This document shows, one piece after another, positions 59,703-64,000 of a DNA stretch of 64,000 bases. The position numbers and the translations under genes are program-made. The notes under the pieces were generated by a model. That model was not told the origin of the DNA, did not search any database, and was given only the letters and a program-made list of their open reading frames with translations. Each line of letters opens with the position of its first letter. Positions within the stretch are counted from its first letter, which is position 1. The DNA is from Planctomycetota bacterium (GTDB taxonomy: Bacteria > Planctomycetota > SZUA-567 > H5-PLA8), in assembly GCA_038227875.1 (NCBI GenBank), contig JBBRPR010000025.1:32001-96000 (forward strand), given 5' to 3'.

Positions 59703-62700
59703 CTACAAAGGGCTCAACTTGGCGAACAGCGCGCCGAGCGCAGGCTCGTACTTGCGCCAGCGTTCGACGGAACGTTGATGAATCGGCTCGCGCACCTGCG
59801 TGATGCTGGCGGTGCGGACCACGCGGTCGGTCTGGTGGAAGTTCAAGCACGCCGGATCCCATTCGAGATTCGCGAACGCCAGCAGCTTCCGCGCGCTCCC
59901 TTCCAGATCGGCGACGGTCGCTTCGTAATCGACATCCAGGAACCGCCCGGGCAGCACCGTCCGCCAATGCGCCATGATCCGCTGGTATTGGGCGATGTGC
60001 GAAGCGATCGCGTCTTCGTTCGTCGCCCAGCGGATGTGGCGGAAGTTGGTCATCCAGCACGAGACGGCAATGTCGCGCAGGTCGCGGCGGCAATGGATGA
60101 TCTTTGCGTTCGGAAAAAGCAACGCAATCAGCCCAATATAAAGGTAGTTCTCCGGCATCTTGTCGACGACATGCTCGGCGCTGCTGTTCAGTGCCGCGAG
60201 CCGCTCGAGATGTCCGCGCGCCACGATCTGCGCGGCTTCGGGCGTGATCTGGCTCAGGCAGCGCAGCGCCGACTCCTTGGAATTCATGACGGCCGGCAGC
60301 GACTGCAGACTCGCGCGGACAAACGAAAGCTCACCGGCGCCGTGAACTTTCTTGTGGCTGGCGAGTATCTGTTCGGTCAGCGTCGTGCCGGAGCGCGGCA
60401 GGCCGAGCACAAAAATCGGTCGCGCGCTCGGCGAGCCGAAGCCGCTCGTGCGCGCGAGAAACTCCGGCGTGAAGATACCGATGAGCTCCGAGACCAGCGC
60501 CGCGTGTTCGGCGGGATCGTACCCTCTGCCGCGGCGCGCGCGTTCGCGCGTCGATGTCGCGTTGGCTTCACGCAGTAACCCCGCGGCGCGCTCGTACTGG
60601 CCCTTGCCGTCGAGGACGTGTGCGAGCGCGTATTGCAGCGGCGCGCGGCGGAAGGGCGTAAGCCGGGGGCTCTGCAGATACGCTTCCAGTGCGGCCTGAT
60701 CGTCGGCGGAGAGCTTGCCGCGGTGGAGCATCGCCAGTTGCGTGCTGGCCGACGGATTAAAGCGCCGCAAATGCAGCGCGTTGCGCAGGCAGCTTTCGGC
60801 GTCCTTCATTTTGCCCAGCTCGGCGTAGTACTCGCCAAGCCCCACGAACGCACTGGCGTGTGTGGGCTGGATGCGAATGGCTTCGCGGAAGTGCGCTTCG
60901 GCTTCGGCGTGGCGGCCGTCTTCCAGCAGTAGCGACGCCAGACCTTCGTGCGCTTCCACATAAGAAGGATCGGTTTCGAGCGCCTTGCGGAAAAGCGCTG
61001 CCGCTTCGCCGTTGCGGTCGAGCTCGCGCATCAGGCTCGCCACGTTGGTGTAGATGCGCGCGGACTTCGGATCCTGCTGCACGGCCCGCTGATACCAGTT
61101 GAAGGCCTCCGCCAGATCGCCTTCTTCTTGAAAGGCCTGCGCGATGTTGTTGCAGGTCAGCGCGGAATTGGGATTGAGGCGCAGTGCTTCGGCGTAACAG
61201 GATTTGGCGTCGGCGATGCGGCCCAGTTCGCGCAGCACATTGCCGAGGTTGTTGCGCGCGGGGAAGAATCCCGGGTCGAGTTCCACGGCGCGCTGGCAGT
61301 AGGTCCGCGCTTCTTCGTACTGAAATTCTTCGAGCAGCAACTGGCCGAGGTTGCTGTGCGCTTCGACGAAATTCGGATCGGCCTGCGCGGCCTTGCGGAA
61401 GTACGCCAGCGCGCCCTCGGTATCGCCGCTCCGGCGCAGCACGTTGGCCAGATTGTTCAGCGCCTGCGCGAAGTTGGGATTGTAGCGCAGCGCCGTTTCG
61501 TATCCCGCGCGCGCTTCGGCCAGATTACCCTGCGCTTCCAGCACCAGGCCGAGATTGTTGGCCGCTTCCGCATAGCGCGGCTGGTACTGCAGCGCGGCGC
61601 GGAAGCACTGCGCGGCAGTGTCGAACTGCCCCAGCCGCCGGAAGGCTTCGCCTTGATTGCAATGAAACGATGCTTCGGCCGGACGGAGCGCGATGGCGCG
61701 GCCGATCAGCTCAGCAGCTTTCTGCGGCTGATTCAACTGCAGCGCCGCGACGCCGAGCATGTGCAGCGCGTTGGGTTCGAAGGGATTCTCCTGCAGCACC
61801 GCTTGATAAATCTGCGCCGCCTGCTGGATCTGTCCGCTCTGATGCAGTTTCACCGCGGCCGCGATTTGCTGGCCGGCCTGCACGTTGGCGGCGCGCGCTT
61901 CGGGCGTGGGCAGATTCGGCGCAGGGGGCGGCGGCGCGGTGCTGACCACGTTGGCTTTGACGGAGCCGTCATCACTTTTGGAGAGCACCGCGACGGAATT
62001 CTTCCATGGCACGGTGGCCGTAATGCCCGTCGGTTGCGCTTTCGGATTCGGTTCACCGCGCGGCGTGTTGATGAGCTCGATGATCCGCGCGAAGAGTTTC
62101 TCGCCCTGCGCAATCGGATCGAGGTCCTTGTACTTCGCCGCAAAGCTCCGCGCGCCGGCGATGAGCTGCTTGGAATTCAGCGCCTTATTCAGGCAGTGCG
62201 GGAACTCCTCCGGCTTTTCCGGCTCCAGCGTCAGGCCCGCGCCTAGCGTTTCCAGACGCAGCGACATCAGGCGCTGTTCCAGATGCAGCGGCGCGGTGAC
62301 GACCGGCACGCCGGAGACGATCAGTTCCATCGTCGTCGCGTGATTGCCATTGGTGATGGCCAAGTCGCATTCCTTCGCGACGCGCTGCAAGTCGAGCGGT
62401 TCGGCCACGAACTTCAACGTCTCGGAGCGGAAGCGCTGGATCACGTCCTCGGGAATTTCATCGGGCACGATCAGCGTCGGCAGGCGCGAGGCGTTGAGAT
62501 TCTGGAGCAGCGAGGGCAGATGCTCGAAGGGCTTCAAGTACGCGAAGATCTTCTTATTCGGCGCGGTTGGCCATTCCGGCGTGGCGCCAGGGTAGCGTGA
62601 GATCAGTCCGTAGTAGTTCGCGCCCGGCCGCGGCGCGTAGTGATCGACTTCGGAATATGTGCGAAAGGCCAGTTCGTTGGGATTGCTGAAGAGTTCTCCC

Positions 62701-63251
62701 AGCCGTTGCAAATTGGGCGCGTCGAGTTTGGTGAGGACGGCGTTGACCGTCTGCAACATCGCGTCTTCTTCGGCGCGCAACGCGGCTACATCGATCTCCA
62801 TCCACAACCGCATGTTGGTCAGCGGATACGTGTCCGGAGGGATCAGAAATCCGGTGCCGAGGATCAACTGGCGGATCCCCAAGCCACGCAGAGCGACCAG
62901 CGCGGTCGGGCTATGGTCGGCGATGACGAGGTCCGGCTTGATGAGGTCAAACATCGTGCGCCATGCAGATACGGCTGAATTTAGGGTCGGCTCATGATCG
63001 AAAAATTGGTTTTGCAGAATGTGCACGTAGGACAGCGAAAGTTTTGCCGAATTTCTTGCAACCTGCTGCTTGACCGGGGCTTGAAGGACTCGTACAGTCA
63101 CGCCCTTAAACGCCAAATCGGCTTTGGAAACGTCGCGCAAGGCGAAGTAAACGGAGTGGCCCTGTTGCGTCAGGTTCTGCGCAAGTGCACGGTACTGGGC
63201 GAGGTGGCCCATCCCGGCGCCGAGTTCCCAAACGAAAAGCACGGATGACAT
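59703..63251 (-). CDS. Fusion protein: GT-B glycosyltransferase + TPR repeats + PAPS-dependent sulfotransferase
   Basis: WELGAGMGH, DLVIADHSP, AITNGNHATT, PLHLEQ; Pro-rich linker; more than 10 TPRs (A.NNLG); PIFVLGLPRSGTTL and RRDLRDIAVSC PAPS motifs. Confidence 0.88.
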   Translation of the reverse strand: MSSVLFVWELGAGMGHLAQYRALAQNLTQQGHSVYFALRDVSKADLAFKGVTVRVLQAPVKQQVARNSAKLSLSYVHILQNQFFDHEPTLNSAVSAWRTMFDLIKPDLVIADHSPTALVALRGLGIRQLILGTGFLIPPDTYPLTNMRLWMEIDVAALRAEEDAMLQTVNAVLTKLDAPNLQRLGELFSNPNELAFRTYSEVDHYAPRPGANYYGLISRYPGATPEWPTAPNKKIFAYLKPFEHLPSLLQNLNASRLPTLIVPDEIPEDVIQRFRSETLKFVAEPLDLQRVAKECDLAITNGNHATTMELIVSGVPVVTAPLHLEQRLMSLRLETLGAGLTLEPEKPEEFPHCLNKALNSKQLIAGARSFAAKYKDLDPIAQGEKLFARIIELINTPRGEPNPKAQPTGITATVPWKNSVAVLSKSDDGSVKANVVSTAPPPPAPNLPTPEARAANVQAGQQIAAAVKLHQSGQIQQAAQIYQAVLQENPFEPNALHMLGVAALQLNQPQKAAELIGRAIALRPAEASFHCNQGEAFRRLGQFDTAAQCFRAALQYQPRYAEAANNLGLVLEAQGNLAEARAGYETALRYNPNFAQALNNLANVLRRSGDTEGALAYFRKAAQADPNFVEAHSNLGQLLLEEFQYEEARTYCQRAVELDPGFFPARNNLGNVLRELGRIADAKSCYAEALRLNPNSALTCNNIAQAFQEEGDLAEAFNWYQRAVQQDPKSARIYTNVASLMRELDRNGEAAALFRKALETDPSYVEAHEGLASLLLEDGRHAEAEAHFREAIRIQPTHASAFVGLGEYYAELGKMKDAESCLRNALHLRRFNPSASTQLAMLHRGKLSADDQAALEAYLQSPRLTPFRRAPLQYALAHVLDGKGQYERAAGLLREANATSTRERARRGRGYDPAEHAALVSELIGIFTPEFLARTSGFGSPSARPIFVLGLPRSGTTLTEQILASHKKVHGAGELSFVRASLQSLPAVMNSKESALRCLSQITPEAAQIVARGHLERLAALNSSAEHVVDKMPENYLYIGLIALLFPNAKIIHCRRDLRDIAVSCWMTNFRHIRWATNEDAIASHIAQYQRIMAHWRTVLPGRFLDVDYEATVADLEGSARKLLAFANLEWDPACLNFHQTDRVVRTASITQVREPIHQRSVERWRKYEPALGALFAKLSPL

Positions 63252-63309
63252 TTGAGTTCCTTTTTAACCAGATAACTCATGTGACACAAGAACAACCAGG
63301 AGAGACGCC

Positions 63310-64000
63310 GTGACGTTGTCCAATTCGCTGAATGAACTGACCCAATCCCGCCGCGCCAAACAGCTGATGCAGACCGCCCCTTTAGTGGTCGCATTCTGGA
63401 TGATGCAAGGCAACGCCAACGCGTTGGACCAAACGGTGCTGAACACCAACGATAGCGGCGTGGGCAGTCTGCGCGCGGCCATTGCCGCGGCCAACGCGGA
63501 CGCGACGGATGACATCGTTTATGTGCCGACTGGCTTCTATCAGTTGGCTACGGAAATTCCGATCACCAAGGCTCAGGGCAAGCTGACGATCAAAGGCGTG
63601 GTCAACGCGACCGGACCGACGTACGGCGGAGCGGCGCCTTTAAATGCTGTTTCGATTTCCCCCTACGGCGGTTTTTTCCCGGCGCGCGCGTTTAATGTCG
63701 CGGCGGCCAAAGCCGAATTCGATGACCTCAAGATTACCGGATTCGTGGCTGGCAACAACGGCGGCGTGGCCGGCGCAGGTCCCAACGACCGCGTAGGCGC
63801 AGCGGTATTGAATCTCGGCGGCAACCTCACGTTCAAGAACGCCTTTTTCTACGGCAATGACGCGTTTGGAGCGGCGGGAAGCACAGGCCAGGATGGCGGC
63901 AGCGCGCAGGGCGGCGTGATCTACACCAGCGGCGGATCGTTGACGCTGATCAATTGCGATCTGACCAACAACGTCGCCAGTGGCGGAGCCGGCAATTCGA
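63310..64000 (+). CDS. Secreted beta-helix adhesin-like protein (CSLREA/Pmp-like), 3' end beyond window end
   Basis: Not in the ORF track. GTG after AGGAG and open to the edge; signal ending ANA, then TVLNTNDSGVGSLRAAIAAAN, FYGN and GGVIY motifs. Confidence 0.8.
   Translation, partial: MTLSNSLNELTQSRRAKQLMQTAPLVVAFWMMQGNANALDQTVLNTNDSGVGSLRAAIAAANADATDDIVYVPTGFYQLATEIPITKAQGKLTIKGVVNATGPTYGGAAPLNAVSISPYGGFFPARAFNVAAAKAEFDDLKITGFVAGNNGGVAGAGPNDRVGAAVLNLGGNLTFKNAFFYGNDAFGAAGSTGQDGGSAQGGVIYTSGGSLTLINCDLTNNVASGGAGNS

Noticed and set aside
1..64000. tRNA, rRNA, integrase, transposase, prophage or defence genes
   Set aside because: None recognised by eye; tRNAscan, Infernal and DefenseFinder runs would be needed to exclude them formally

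Overview
GC-rich bacterial window. The gene families (giant PQQ-like propeller proteins, PhyH and Gfo/Idh/MocA paralogs, type III PKS trio) suggest a Planctomycetota/PVC-type genome; this is inferred from gene content only. Contents from left to right: (1) a 3'-truncated glycoside-hydrolase-like gene with a GntR regulator; (2) a split type III PKS locus (FAD oxidoreductase, secreted protein, MMPL transporter, methyltransferase, PKS); (3) two ~1000-aa secreted methyltransferase-fold/PQQ-like beta-propeller paralogs flanking a GntR-LacI regulator; (4) a beta-helix lipoprotein, a GH9 hydrolase and a sugar-catabolism island with AraC/LacI regulators and visible operators; (5) TetR/tautomerase, a hybrid kinase and a PhyH enzyme with HxG in place of HxD; (6) a ~13.5-kb nitrate module (NarX-like hybrid sensor, atypical response regulator, sigma54-type promoter, leader terminator, nrtABC-type transporter, fused FeS/DmsC anchor, nitrate reductase, nirBD); (7) MATE, Tat amine oxidase and VWA protein; (8) a glycosyltransferase-TPR-sulfotransferase fusion divergent from a truncated adhesin-like gene. 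No rRNA, tRNA, CRISPR array or transposase was recognised. All calls rest on motif reading by eye; no database searches were run.
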